Positions 24,856 to 39,845 of a stretch of DNA of 64,000 nucleotides are shown piece after piece. Both the position numbers and the translations under genes were made by a program. This DNA comes from Antechinus flavipes. Taxonomy: Eukaryota. Position 1 is the first letter of the stretch. Each line of letters begins with the position of its first letter. The stretch lies in the NCBI RefSeq assembly GCF_016432865.1, contig NC_067398.1, positions 380,494,001 to 380,558,000 of the forward strand. The letters run 5' to 3'. The notes under the pieces are model-generated. The model saw nothing but the letters and a program-made list of their open reading frames with translations, ran no database searches and was not told the origin of the DNA.

Positions 24856-26680
24856 TTGATGTATATGAATATTTTCTCAGTCTATTCTTTATAGGGACTG
24901 GGTCCCAATAAGTTGATTGCTAAACATGACATATTCTTCATTTCTAAATACAAACTTAGCCTTGAGAAAGGAGTACCATAGGAATAAGAAAGATAAAGGT
25001 GACTTAGGACCCTACAGCTCTTTTTTTTAAAAATGGCTGCCAGACCCCTACAGAAGATGGAAGGAAAGAATTACATGCTAAGGAAACATTACTATACGTT
25101 AGCAGAAAACTAATTTGCATCATACCTACTCATCTGTAGTTCTTATTGGAAATTGAAATCTTTCAAGAAGCAGCATGTTCTAATAAGATTTGCCCTACAG
25201 GTTAGCAAATGCAAAATGTTAAGTCATTTGGAACTACAAAAGTAAACCTCTAAAGGTTTTATGGTTTCATCATGCTAAGCTGCTAGTAAGGTGCCTGGAT
25301 CTTTTATATTTGATTGATAGGATTGGAATTATCCAGCTCACATAGTCACAGAATTTTAACCATTGTTACTCCTGGTACTAGACTTTTCAGTGTTTAGTTG
25401 GTTTACAGAAACACATTTAATAATTAGAAACTTATCTTTGGCAATTATAAAAGCTGATACTTGGCTATTATGATGATTTATCTTTTAAAATAACAATAGC
25501 AACAAAACTTTTACACTCCACTTTCTTGGTATGGTTTCCTTTCTCCCCCAAGAAACTCAAAGTTCTTTTCAACATGTTATCAGACGAAGCTATGTATCAT
25601 AAACTCTCACTCAGTTGAAATAATGAGTGGATTGGTGACTGCCAAACTAACTTTAGAGTGTATCCCTTATTCATAAGACTCTAAAAACTTAGAAGAAATG
25701 TTTTAACTCCTTTCTTAGTGAGAATTTACATATAACCACACACAAACACAAATGTATGTGAGTATATTCATATGTATATATGTATGTGTACATGTCCTAT
25801 GACTAATTTATCACTTTCTTAGTGAAATTTAAATAATTAAATTTAATTAAAATACAGTAGGCTTTGAAGATGAAAGAAAAGAAGTGAAAGGAGGACAAAA
25901 GGAGAAAAAAATAAATTAGAAAGTTAATTAACATCTAACTAAAAGTATTATAGAAATCATGAATCTCTGGGTCCATTCCTTTTACATATATACATGATTA
26001 AGAATAAAGCACACTGAATATTCTGTCCAGAATTGGGAAGGAGTTTTGGGAAGAAAAGAGGTATTCCCAGCTCATTTAGCCTACAGTGTTTTAAGTAATA
26101 AACTTGGCAAAAAACATCATAACTGATGTTGTTATGCTTGCAGAGCATTAATTTAAACTAGGCTTTTTTTTTCTTCTTTAATGAATCCTCTTTTTCTGGC
26201 ATTCTCATGACAAGGCACCAACATTTGCCAAAATGTGGAGGGAACTAGGGACAAAATGGAGCAAGGGTTAAAGGACATACATGGAGGCAGTTTCCATGGA
26301 GGATACTTTCTTTAACCCCAATGCCCTATAGCAACTCAGGGAGATCCCCATGGTATGAAGACCAGAAGGATTTCTAGGATGATGCTGATGATAGCAGCAG
26401 TTTGTAAGAGCATTGCTGTTAAATATTCTTGGAATGGATATGGAATTCATGTTCAAAGTCCTCATTTATTGATAAAGGAAGGAAGATACTATTAATCAGA
26501 AAGCTTAGCTTTTGAAGATATGAATTAGAATCAGAATTTTTTTTAGAGCAAAAAGGGACTATAAGATTATGTGGTTCAACTCCCTCTTTTTAAAACTGAA
26601 GCCAGAGTTGTGAAGTGATATAGTTTATAGAACATGAGAAGGGGCTTCTAATTAAAAAAAATAATCTTGAGATCAGATGA

Positions 26681-26683
<3 letters not shown>

Positions 26684-26737
<54 letters not shown>
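26684..26737. repeat. (TA)n microsatellite
   Basis: Directly visible. Confidence 0.97.
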
Positions 26738-26740
<3 letters not shown>

Positions 26741-27679
26741 CAACACAAAGAAGTGGGCATATGAGGGAGCCCAATTTGAGTAAATAAATTCCCACTAGTC
26801 AACCTAGATTATCAAGTAGCTTTAGCTTTATGGAGCTTTTTTAGGCATCTAGTTAGTATATAATCTGTTCCAGAGGTTTTCAAACCAACTTGATTCTAGT
26901 TTATCCAATTCCTAAGAGGACTTTTCATGATCACTATTCAAAATGTTCAGTGAATTATAATGAGTTAATCAAATCAAAGAATTTGCTGGATTCAAATTGC
27001 AATTTACTTGTGGCTAAACAATTAAAAGTAATAATGGACAGAGCAAGATCAATAAGTTAAAGTTCCTATTTGGTGTATCCTACAGCTTCCAAATCTTAGC
27101 TCCAAGGGATAATCTTGGAACAGGAGTTAAAGTGCAAAAAATACAAGTTTTGAAATTTCTATTTTATCCTCTTTAGGCTATGGTAATGCCTATTGTAATC
27201 CACAATCCATTTATCATGATCATATCAATTTATAATAATAGGACTGCTTCAAAACAGTGGCAAGACCATTAGGCCCTGGAGAAAAATTTTGCCAAGTCCA
27301 TATTCTCTGATACCAAGAAATATCTTTTGCACACAAGTTAATAAACTCTTTTTGATCTTGAAGCAGTTTAAGATAATGAAGAGTGCCAGAGATGACTCTT
27401 TAGAAATGGAAAGTTAGTACTCAGTGGAGATTCTCAATGATTTGCCTCATTGCCTGCTTATAAATTAAACCTATCTTAACCATAAAGCTTGCTATTTCCT
27501 AGAGGAGTTTTAAATTTTTGCAAAAAGTTAAGAGAAGCAGAGAAAAACAGAAAGTGAGAGTGGAGGCTAGTGAGAAAATAAGAGGAAGGGTAGCATTTTG
27601 GAAAAGGGGAAAAAAGGATATATAGGAAAGACTGGTGGTTTTCCATAATATTGCCAAACATTATCATTCATGTCCTATA

Positions 27680-27990
27680 TCATCCATTCACTAATTCATC
27701 CAATTAGCAAGTCTTTATTAGCCATTTATTAGTGACAGGCACTGATCTTCACACTAGTGATTCAAGACAAAGATGAAACAGTTGTTGTTTTCAAGGATCT
27801 TACAATTCCAATGGAAGAGAAAGCATGTCCATTTAAGGTACATACAAAATGTGTACAAAGTGGATGGCAGATAATCTTAGAGGGAAGGCAGGAGTAGTTG
27901 AGAGGACCTCAAAAGACCTCTTATTAAAGGTAGCACTTAAGCTGAAACTCAAAGGAAGATAGAAATTTTAAGAGGAAGAAGTGCTGAGGA
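27680..27990 (-). mobile_element. L2 3' fragment
   Basis: ccattcactaattcatccaattagcaagtctttattagccatttattagtgacaggcactg. Confidence 0.6.
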
Positions 27991-30414
27991 AAAGCATTTC
28001 AGGCTCAGGTTTCTTTTGGATTAAATCACATTCTAATGTGCTACCATTTGTCCCATTCACTTACCCACATCTTCATGTGGTTCTTTCTCTCCTCATCACT
28101 ACAATACAATGCCAAATATTCTTTCATTTTCTGGACAGTCTAACATTTAAAAGTTGCTGTGTGAATCCTCCTTCAAAGAAAATAATTTTAATTTTTTGGG
28201 CCATGGAAACATCAATACTGAAAAAAAATGTCATGAAGATGTCATTTTCATTGTCAGATTCAGCTTTATTATCTCAACAGAGATGGATTCATTGGGCCCC
28301 AAAAGGCAATTTGTGTGTAGGGTGTGTATAAGAAAGAGATGGGGGAAGAAGAGTGCAAAAGAAAGATGTGAGAAGAAGAGAGATTTCTATAGAGTCTGAA
28401 TCACTAGAGATGAAAAGAGTACTTAGTGTCATTAAGTCAAAGGATAAATGGGTCAACCAATCTTCTATTAATCTTTACAAGTGGTGGTTGCAAAATCTTT
28501 CATAATACAATTCTTAGGTCTATTTTTCAATTATTAGATATTTTTGAGCACTTATTAAATTCCAAGTACTTCAATTTCTAGAGTTCCCTAATATGCCAAG
28601 ATAGAAGGATGAGAAGTAAAGAATGATGAAATCTCTTTATAACAGTAAAACGGTCAGAATTAACATTCACTTTATGAGTTAACTTTGTGAATCAATTGCT
28701 ATACGGTATTTTAGTTGCTACTTTTCAGGGGCCATGATTTGACCTATAGTGAATTCAAATTCACTTAAAAGTGAATTGTGTTATATATTAGGACATTCCA
28801 CAATGACCCAACTTTAACATAAAACTTTTACAAAAAGACACCAACTTCCATATATTAAATTCCAGAATTTTAAAAGAAGTATAGATCAAGGAGTCTGATA
28901 AATTAACAAAGGCAAAGAAATAAAAAAAAAATAATGGCAGAAATATTTTACAGGAATTCAATAATGGAAAAAGTTAAGACCTCAGAATTTTTCTGCAGCT
29001 GGTGCTGAAATACCTTTTTGAACGATGACATGTTATTTAAGTGGCATCCAAAACAGCCAGTAACTTATTGTAAGAGTCCTGAGAGTTACAGCTAATTAAG
29101 CACAAAATGGTACAGTTGCATTATAGTAACTACAGGATAACAAAAGCATTTAACTCTAATTACAAACCTTTCTAACTGATGTTAAAGGTCAGCAATAGCT
29201 GACTGCAGTTACACAGGCTAGTAATAGCAAGAGTACTCTGGCTGCTGGGCTAAAATGGTTGCCTCAGGTCCCTATAAAGGCTATCAGCTGATCTACCATT
29301 ACAAAATAAACCATCTTTCAGAAACATTAAGCATAGTTTTAAGAGTCTCTGACCCACTTTGTAAAAAAAAAAAAAATCCCCTTTGCCCTTCAATGATCTT
29401 TTGAGCTAATTTGAAGATTTAGCTGAATCCACTTAAATTAAATAGCACAGTAAATCCTTTGGTTTTACTTTAACATGGGCAAACCTTTACAAATTAAATA
29501 GAACTAAACATACCAGTAAAGAGCTGGCTAGAAAAACATGACTAAGTCCTTGAGAGTCATTCCTGGCATTTTATCATTTTTCAATAGTAAATGGGAAACC
29601 CAAATTAGGACTTGAAATGAGGTTGAACTCACAGATCTATGGATTTTGAATTTTACTACATGCTATATATCTCAAGGCAATCTATATTTATTTGTTGAGT
29701 TTCTTCTCTGTGCAAGGCATCATGCTTAGCACTATAGGGAGCACAAAGATAAGTAAATCACATCTCTGCTTCAAGTTTACAATGTAGTAAGTTTTCTTTT
29801 ATGCAGATATTATGGCATTGATCCATTAATAATTTTTCCAATAGATTTGTAATACTCTCTTCTTCCCAGTTTTCCCTTCTGACTTACAGGACACTTGAGA
29901 AATAGCTCATTGAATTAGGGTATAGGCCATGGTCACAAACAGGAAAAAAAAAAAAAAAAAAACCTTGACTGAGCAACATAATATATTACTCTCAATAGAA
30001 GAATGCAAACCAACTAAGCTAGCTCACAGACCTACAGCATTTACATATTTTTATTATATTCCAACAGTTCAAAATTGTATTCCTGATTGCCCTCCTCCCC
30101 CTCAAATTGCCCTTTCCCCTAACTATTTCATTGCTGACTTGGCTATTTTCAGTCAACCAAGTTTATACTCATAACTGTTGTCTTTGCCTCTTCCCTCTCC
30201 CTTGCTGATTAGTTGCCAAGTTTTCATTTCTCTTGCATTCTCTTTCTCTAATGTCTGTTCCTTTCTTTCCCTTCCTGCTTAAAACTTGCTTAGTTACCTG
30301 GACTGAAAAATTGAGTCCAGATTTTAGAAGTCTTCAAGGATAGGACAAGGAGTTTATGCTTTTTTTGTTGTTCTTAGGCAATGAAGAGTCACTGATCTCT
30401 GTTCTAATCATACC

Positions 30415-30590
30415 TTATTTGTTTTTTTAAACAATTAATTTTTTAACAATTATTTTATTTTTCTAATTACCTGAAGATAGTTTTCAACATTCATTTTTTA
30501 TAAGACTTTTAATTTCCAAATTTTTCTCCCTCCCCAAAACAGCAAACAATTTGATATAGCTTACACATGTACAATCATGTTAATCATATT
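30415..30590 (-). mobile_element. L1 3' end fragment
   Basis: T-rich tail followed by reverse-complement L1 3'UTR (gatagttttcaacattcat...acatgtacaatcatg). Confidence 0.65.
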
Positions 30591-31985
30591 TTCATAACCT
30601 CTATCACCTTCATGGCTTTGCCTCCACCATTCCCTTTACCTGAAATGAATTTTCTGTTTTTGCCTGTCTCCATATTTTGAAGTAACCTCCTTCTTCTAAG
30701 TGATCACTTCCACAAAGATTTTTCTCTCTTCAATCCCATCTTCCCTCTCATAGTACATTAGAAACATTCCCTTTTCTATGATCATATACTTGTTTTGGTT
30801 TTGTGTGTGTGTGTATGTGTGTGTGTGTGTGTACAAGCCATATCCCCCTTTCTCCTATTAGTCCGTGTTTTCTTGACAATGAAGTCTGTTTAATTTGCTT
30901 TTAAATCCCTAGCATCTATCATGGTACTCACTCATAAAAAGTGTTTAATAAGTGTAGATTCCACTAGATTTTTTTTTCTTTTGAATGTGTCAAAATCCAA
31001 AGCCTAAAACAGAAGGTACAAGAGTTTCTGATGTTACCTTTTAGACTTTTGCAAATATTATTTAATGAATTTTTCAAATTTCCTTGCCTTAGTAGAAATT
31101 TTACAGATGAAACCATCAAGTCACACAGAGGTTAAGTGAATCAGAAACAGGGCTGAGGACTCTTCCCTAGCCAACTGTGGAGAGCAGAACCCTGCCCTCC
31201 CTGTTATGAAAAAGTCCTGCTTCTCTTAGCTGAGAATTGAACATGCTTAAGAGCAAGCCCACTGCTGACATATAGCTGCCTAGACTGTGAGGGGTGATAA
31301 AATAAAACCCTATTTTACATATTTGTGTGCTTCAATGAGATTTCTCAACTTATTTTTAGTTTTCTAAAGTGCTGAGCACAATTTACACAACTTTTTCCTT
31401 CTGTAATTACAATATTCAAGCTTGCTTTTATGTCAATCTTATATTTTGCAAGAAAGACTTTCTAAAAGGACTTAAAACAAAATCCCTATAAGCACCTAAC
31501 AGCATCTGACCACTACCAAAAAAACAACTATGGGAGAGAACTAGTCTGACTAGTGCCCTAAGTCTGTCTGTCTATAGTCAGCTCCTTTGCCCAAACTCAT
31601 GGAGAAATATATATCATTCATGAATTTTTCAGTTACTACATAGAAATTATTAGATCTTATAATCATCAGTATCTTATGTGGTAAACTATCATACATGTGT
31701 GTAAATGTATGTCTAATACTTGGTAATTTATTGAATCAATTTAGTAATCTGCAACTGTCATATAATTCTGCCCCCTCCTAAATACTTCTGCAAAAATCTA
31801 ATGCTTAAATTTCCATAAGCATAGCTTAAAAAAAGTTTCCCTAATGAAGTTACACATCAAAATATTTTTTGCATGTAGATTAGAAAGCCATTTCAAAGAT
31901 GCTTAATTAGATGAGTTGGACAATGTTATCACAGAACAAGGGTATAGTTGTCAGGACTAGCTTTACTTCTCCTTTTAATTATAGT

Positions 31986-32661
31986 TTTCTAAATCTGTAT
32001 CCCAAAGAGATCATAAAAAAGGAAGCGGACATACATGTACCAAAATCTTTATAGCAGCCCTTTTCATGGTGGCAAAGTATTAAAAATTGAGAGGATGCCC
32101 ATCAATTGAGGAATGGCTGAATAATTTGTGCTATATGAATATAATGGAATACAATTGTGCAATAATAAATGATGAAAAACAGATTTCAGAAAAACCTGAA
32201 AAGAGTGGTACAAACTGATGCAAAGTGAAATGATCAGAAGCAGGAAAACATTGTACACAGTATCAGTAATATTGTGTGACGATCAACTATTACTGACTCA
32301 GTTCTTCTCAGCAACATAATGATCCAAGACATATGCAAAACACTCACAAGGAAAATATCATTCATTACCAGATAAAGAACTGATGCACTCTGAGTGCAGA
32401 TTGAAGCATTTTTTTCCCCATTTACTTTACTTTTTCTTTTTAATTTTGATCTGTTTCTTCCTTTACAACTGTGACTAATATGAAAATATCTTTTACATGA
32501 TAGCACATGTATAAAGCTAGATTAAACTACCACTTTCTTCAGAAGAGGGGAGGGAGAAAGTTTTGAAACTTAAAATCTTGTAAAAGTGAATGCTTAAAAT
32601 TTCCTAGTCTTGTCTCTGGGGGGAAAAAATAAAATACTATTTTTATATATTAAAAAAATAA
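31986..32661 (+). mobile_element. Older 5'-truncated L1 (ORF2 end and 3'UTR)
   Basis: ctgtatcccaaagagatc...atagcagcccttttcatggtggcaaag...atgcccatcaattgagg, followed by 3'UTR. Confidence 0.85.
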
Positions 32662-35600
32662 TCATTGCTTTCTAGCAAACTGATGAGGCATATCAGAGTC
32701 CACCACAGGAAGTGGACAAGATTTAAGATTATCTTCAGTAAAGAAAAAAGCAGTAAAACTGAAGAAAGGACTTTTGATTCAGCATAAAACTCACACTATC
32801 TAGTTAGCACTAATTTGAGAAAGAGAGCCAAGAAAACTTTAGAAGAAAGTGTAAATTATGTTGTAAAATTCCCATGTTTCAGTTGCAGAATTCAAATTCA
32901 CACCAAAAGGAATACAAGTTGAAAGGTACATAATAGAGTTAATTCCAACTATATCCTAAATAATTCAAACTGTCATGTGAAAATAACCTGGTGGACCCTT
33001 GTCCAAGTTGGAAGAAAATCTTTTTTATGGAGACCCCACTGAAAAATCTGCAAGAAAATGAGGTGTTATTCATCTTTTCTTATTGTTTCATTTTTTAAAA
33101 AATCTCCAGCTTATTTTATTATTCTCTACTCTAACAATCTGTACCATGAACACATAATAAAACTTAAAATGTGTTTTTTTTCTTTTGCTTTAATAACTAG
33201 AATGGGGGGAAATGAAGCAATTTAATTGTCATGGTTAATATTATTTACAAATAAGTTCTCCTCCACAAAGTTCTATTCTATTCTTTCCCTCCATTTGGGT
33301 GAGAATGAAAAATTATTTACTTAAGGCAATTTGTTTTACTGCAGAATTACTGAAATATTGATAAATGATTTGTATATTGTTAAGGACAGTTGGTGATATA
33401 TTAGAACAGTTTTCTCATGTCTTAATCCTATTTTGTGTTTTTTAAAGTCCTACCTTTCATTTTCTTTTATCTCTTTATTCTTTCAATTTCAATTTCAAGC
33501 AATTTTCAAACCTCATTTTCTTCAATATTGAAATATTTTTGATATATTTCCTCCTTCCCCCTCAAACTTCTCTTCCTCTGATCTATCTATACAAAAGAAA
33601 TCATTATTACTTTTGAAAATTACTTTATGAAAAACGTATTATAAAAAAGAATTTGTAAATTAACCATGAAAGCCTCATTTTCTCTCAGTAGTACATTTTA
33701 AGAGCTTTAGAGAAGCAAAATGGTAAGTGAAATATATTTTTGAAATGTATATCCAAAATATACTTATTCAAGACATTTTGATCTAAGTATGGCTTTTAAA
33801 AAAAGTCTATTTTAATCAAGTACGAATGTATATGTAGGTGATGAAGTGAATAGAGCACTGTGCCTGTTTTCACGAAGATTTTTCTTCCTGAGATCAAATC
33901 CAGCTTCAAACACTTAATAGCTGTGTAGCCCTGGACAAATTATTTTATGCTGTCTGGCTCATTGTTCTCATTTGTAAAAAGAGTTGTACAGTTTTAAACT
34001 ATTAAAGCTTGAAATGGCAACAAGACTTTTGGAGCTTCTGTATCTAGGACATCCAATTTAAAAAATCCAACAAGCAGCTATTGCTGCAGAATTCGAGGTC
34101 AGGAGAAAGTCTTAAGACCTTCATAAAGCTCTGAGAATCATCTTCATATAGAACCTATTTTTTTAAAGTCCCAGCACAGCAGGCATATGCAAATTTTCAG
34201 CTTAGTTACAAAAATTGTCTCCTTGCAAGCTTGACTGAAGGTAAAATTGAGACTGGAGTAACAAAGTGTTAATCTGTCCCCAAACATCTCTGACATTCTT
34301 CATAGTCCACTTAGGGTACCTCAACCCATTCATTTTATAGACAAGAAGAATAGATACAGAGAATTTATATGATTTACCCATCGTCACAAAAGAAATAAAC
34401 CAGCCTAACCCAGGCTTCCTGACCTCTACATATTATCACAGATTGCCATCATTAAAATCAAGACTTTTTCTCCAAACACTTAATTTTGCTTTGGAGGATT
34501 AAAACATCAACACTCATGAACATATTGGTATGTATATATTTTCACAAAGCAAAAAGCAAAGTCTTGGGGAAATGGATATAGGAAAGATAAGTTTTAATGG
34601 AAGAAAATCTTGAAATGTTAGAACTACTAAGTAGGTGACTAACAGAAGTCACCTAGGAAAGAAAGGCTCAGGTGTGTTACTGAAGGCATTTAGTAACTAA
34701 CATATATCTTATGGGACCAGTGGAAACTTATAGGAAGACTAGAATGCCCAAAGTGAAGTTGGAAGTTGAAATAGCAGATAAGGAGACTTTTTCTCCAAAC
34801 ATCTACTTTAAAAGTATGGGAGAAACCCTTTGGAGGGGTTACCTCTAGCCACCCTACCTTCAACTCTCAAAGAGAATGGAAGGAACAGAATAAATATCTT
34901 CTGACTTCATCATGTAGAGAAAACATAGTCCCTCATGCAAAGAAGAAAATGTGGTGCTAAGTAAACTTTGTGGATTTACAAAACAGAGCAATGGGATAGA
35001 GCAACAAAAACAACAGGAACAACCAAAAAAAAAAAAAAATAGAACAAGAGCTAAGATAGATGTTACGACTTCTTTTATACCAAAGAAAATATATACCAGA
35101 TGGGTAAAGAGATTTTACTCAGATAATACAACAAGATGGATTTTCAGATTTTAACTTTAGAGAATATGGAAGTAAGCTACTATATATATATGCATATGAA
35201 AACTTTGAGAAGTAGGAAAAACATAGCATGACTACATTCTGACTTTATTTAGAAACAGATATTTGAAGAAGCATTTCATTTGGTGAAAAATGTTCTTTAA
35301 TAAACTATAATGATTGTACAAACATAACTCTTTTCCAGGAAAACAACAACAATAACAAAACAAAACAACAACAGCAGCAGGTCAAACATTATTCTAACTA
35401 AACTTCATGGTATATAAGTGAACAACTATACTATTTTTACAAAGACATCTTTTGAACAGATAAAATATTTGGGCAATGTCTCAAGACTGTTATAAATCTA
35501 ACCTGTTCATAGACACATTTAAGTGCTATAGTTGCATAGACAACTATGTGGGTCATAATATTACTGTTTCCTTAAACTCAGGACTTTGTAACTTATTGTT

Positions 35601-38559
35601 ACCTTGAGATTTACAGGAAGACATGATCATGATTATTCATTTTTAATGTTTATGGGGTGTTGTAAAAGGACAAAGTGTTTTACAACAAGTGATAATAAAT
35701 GACTATATAAAATGAGTTAACATCTAAAAAATTATTCTTTGAAGCATTCATGATATTAAATAGGAGAGATCATTCCTAGAATAGTTTTAGAAACTTACAA
35801 AGTCAGGATCGTTGCAATGGTAAGTCCATTGCCAAATGGAATAATTTTGGATGGGAGTATTTTATTTTCCTTTTCCTGAAATAGTTTTATAGACATTGAA
35901 TTTGGTCCTCCCTTATGTAAGTTCAGTTGGAAGTTTTAACCACTCTTGAGGTATTAGACTTTCCCTTTACTTCAATCCTCTTCTACCATACACAAATGAA
36001 CCCATTTAAATATTTTCTTTTTACATCCCTGAAAAAAAACACTGTCTGCTTAAGAGATTTTTGGCAATTTTGTCTGGACCAAATCATCTCTCTTTGCAAT
36101 TTTGCCTTAATAATACATTATATGCCTGTAGTATCTGTTTCAAAGGGTGAAAATGATTCTCCATCCCTCAAAGTTCATAGATGCCTTTGTCTAGTGTTCC
36201 TAGAGACTATGGTATTAAACTATTGCCATTTTGTAGCAGAGAACTAACTAGATAAAAGTCAAAGGCTAATTCTGGTCAAGAAACAGCTACAGGAAATTGT
36301 CAGTGGGTAATAATGAAGTAAAGAAAGAGAATAGTCTGCCTATACATTTAGGCATTTACTTAAGGAGGTAAATACTTGTAATATATTCATTCAGTCTTTC
36401 AACAAACATTTAATGAACTTTTACTATATGCAAGGCAGTGAAGCCAAAAAGCCCCTTGAAGATGATGTCACAGAAAAAGTTCACAAAATGCCTGAGTCAG
36501 ATGAGTGTCAATAGATTAGTAAAGTGGGTCAATAGCAGATTAGAGACAAGGGGAGTGGTAAAAGAATAATAATCTAGAGAAATTGGAAAAGGTCCAGAAA
36601 AGAGCAACCAAAACAATATTAGAGTTGGAAAACAGGACTTATGTAGATGGGTTAGAAGCTGGTGTTTTTAAGTCTTGCACAGGATTTAGCAAAATCTGTT
36701 TTGTTTGTTTGTTTTTTGCTAGACTAAGATGGGAGTAGGGTAGTTAGGGAAGACATAGTGAATGAATGAATAAATGAATGAATGAAAAGTATATATTAAA
36801 TCTTAAGTAGGAGGCAAGGTGCATACTAAGTTCTGAGGTTACAAAATACAAAGTCCTTATCTTTAGAGAACTTTTTTTCTAGTAGAAAGAAATGTGGAAC
36901 AGTCACTAGGAAAGGATATTTTGGTTTGGGAAGTCACAGGGATAAGGAGCAAAGCCTTAGGAGAATTCATTGATGAGTCCTTTCCAGAAGGAGTGGTAGA
37001 ATTGATTTGATTGACATACTAGATCCAAGTAAGAGATGGATATAAACTCAACAACCATGCCACCAATTATGGTTCTAAACAATTTTAGCTGGTTGGAAGT
37101 CAGCATCTTTTTACAATCATGTATAATTTGTAGTGAAAAATTAGTGATACTTCAAGTACAGTCAATAATAAAATACTAACTTTAACTAGCAATGACAAAA
37201 AGCTCCATAAACTTTGATGCTAATATATTTTTCTGTGTGCACAGATTGCTCTTAGAGTGACATTTCCTGATAGCAATTCCTCTCTTCTTGGGACAGAGTG
37301 GTGGGAAAGGTTGATCTACAATCTTTTCCATACTTTGCCTGCGTGAACACTGCTCTTTGATTTGTGACTAATCTATACCTGAATGCCCTTCCTATCTTCT
37401 ACCCACAGATTTCCTACTTACCCTTTGATGTTCAATTCAAAAGATCTTCTCCATAACAACTACCTCCTTCCTCTTATGAAACCTCATTTAATCTTTTGGT
37501 GTATATCTCCCATAAACCCATCAAGATTATATTTTGTTTTGTTGCTGTTGTTTTGTCCAGACTTAAAGTTTTATCCCTCTACCAATTTAAATCCACCAAC
37601 TTCTCTTCATCTTAACAGTGTTCCTGGGAATGAATAGAGGTCAAGTAACTGGCTCAGGCTCACCCAGAATAACATTCGATTTAGTAGCTAATTCCATGAT
37701 TCTAAAATGCAGTAAGAAACCAAACCATCAGTTGGTTTAAGGAGCCCTCACCTCACCCGTGTATGATTTCAGCCCACTTGCTAAATCAGGCTTAATTTAG
37801 ATAACATTGAAGGGGATCCTAGGAACAAGCTGCCATATTTATTCTTATCAGTAGTTAAGATTCAGGAGAGAAAGAATATATAAATTCAGGTTTGTCAAAT
37901 CCCAGGGAATGAAATTAACCATTAGATTGACTTAGGGAACAAAACTGACATTGAAATAGAGTGATTTATATTTTAAAATACCAAGTCAGGAAAACCATTA
38001 ACTTTATATATTAAAGATTTTCATAAGGTGGACTAACTCATTAACTAACTCCAAACTTAGGGAGTTAAGTTAAATGTTTTAAATTTATGCTGACTTTTTT
38101 TTTTTTCAGAAGGTGAGTCGAATCCCACATGAGAAATGCAAGAATTCCTGGTGTGGTTAGTCAATAAGTTGAATTTAGTGATTAAGTTGAAATACAGTTG
38201 AATCTAATGAAAAACAGATATACACACAAAAACAAAATATAATACTGGGCATTGAAACTTATTATTTAAAATAACATAGAAAAACTGCCCTGCAGTTCCT
38301 TTGCTGACCCTCAAATTTTCCCTACACAACTCTCTCCTGTTTCTGTATTTTTTCCTCTGGAAGAAGAGAATTGTACCTAAATCAACCAAACATTAAGTAT
38401 ATATTAAGTGCTTACTGTATGCTAAGGAGAAAAGACAGGAATAAAGAGAAATGATGGGTGATACAGCATGAAAATAGGGTATTTTTTGGTTCATCAAAAA
38501 AAAGAGTATTCGATTGAAATTAAAAGTCAACCAATATTATGGCAATTCATTTGTCCACT

Positions 38560-39060
38560 CAATAAGCATTCATCCAATTCCTACTAAATATAGAGCAATA
38601 TGCCTATCAGTCAGAGAGTTAAGTTTAGATAATGCATAAACAAATAATGCCTAATAGATACAATTACATGATAAATACATTAGAGAGTTATAAAACATTT
38701 AAGTATGATGTCTTAGGGGTTATTAGTTACTGATTAGGGAATCAGGGAAGGCTTCATGGAGAATGTTATAACTGTGAGACTTTATATGACACAAAGTGAA
38801 AATTTAACAGTAAAAGGAAGAGCACATCTTAAGTATAAGAAATGGTATAACCAAAGGCATGAGAAATGGAAGCATTTAGATTTGATTTGTACAACTGATA
38901 GTCTAATTTGGTTGGAATGTCAATTATACAGAAAAAAATGATATGAAACAAGGGGGGGTCATTGATTAAACCAGACAGGGAAATTTCATATTTACTCAAT
39001 AGGCAATAGGAAGCTACTGAAGAGTGAAAAGACTAGGTCTGTGTAAAAGTAAGATTATTT
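38560..39060 (-). mobile_element. L2 fragment
   Basis: cactcaataagcattcatcc...aatcagggaaggcttcatggag...ggcaataggaagctactgaag. Confidence 0.55.
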
Positions 39061-39079
39061 GGGGAATGGTATGATTATT

Positions 39080-39335
39080 TAGAGCAGCTAAGTAGTACAA
39101 TGGATAAAGTACTAGGTCTGGAATTAAGAAGATTTATGTAAGTTCAAATTTAACCTCAGACTCTTCTACTTCCTGACTCTGTGAATCAGGCAAGTCACCT
39201 GGTTGCCTCAGTTTCTTTATCTTTAAAATGAGATGGAGAAGGAAATGGCAAACCATTCCAGGATCTTTGCCAAGAAATTCTCAATGGAGTCATGAAGAAT
39301 AAGATATGAACAAAACCAATAAACAATAAAAATGC
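39080..39335 (+). mobile_element. Core SINE (MAR1-like)
   Basis: gagcagctaagtagtacaatggataaag...ggaaatggcaaaccattccagg. Confidence 0.8.
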
Positions 39336-39845
39336 TGTAATCAAGGTGATAGCAGACATTCTGAGCATTTACTTAAACTAAAAAAGCATTAAAAGACTGG
39401 ATTTTTCTGTGGAAATACAGAAAAGGAAAAAAAGAATGCAATTATATAGAAAGTATTATTAAAATCGCATGAAATTAAAACAGAGAAAAGGCAAAGTCTT
39501 CAGGAGAAATGTATTATTTTCCAAAATGTTAACAACAGAAAAGGAAAGTCCAGGTTTCAACAATAAGGCTGAAATATATGAATGATGAAAGATAATGTAC
39601 TATAATTTGGAGTCAATCAAAAATAAAAATAAGACAATGTTGATCTTGAAGTGAAGAATAAAGGATAATGTACTTTAAAAAGACTCAACCAGGGTCATGT
39701 AAGACAACAACCAGAAAATTCATTAAAAGTTTCTTTCAACTTTTTATGGGAATGACAAAATACTCTTATGTAATTCTACAATGATTGATAAGTGATTTTT
39801 ATTTTAATTATGGATAAATGATGTTAGCATAAAAAGGAAGCTATG

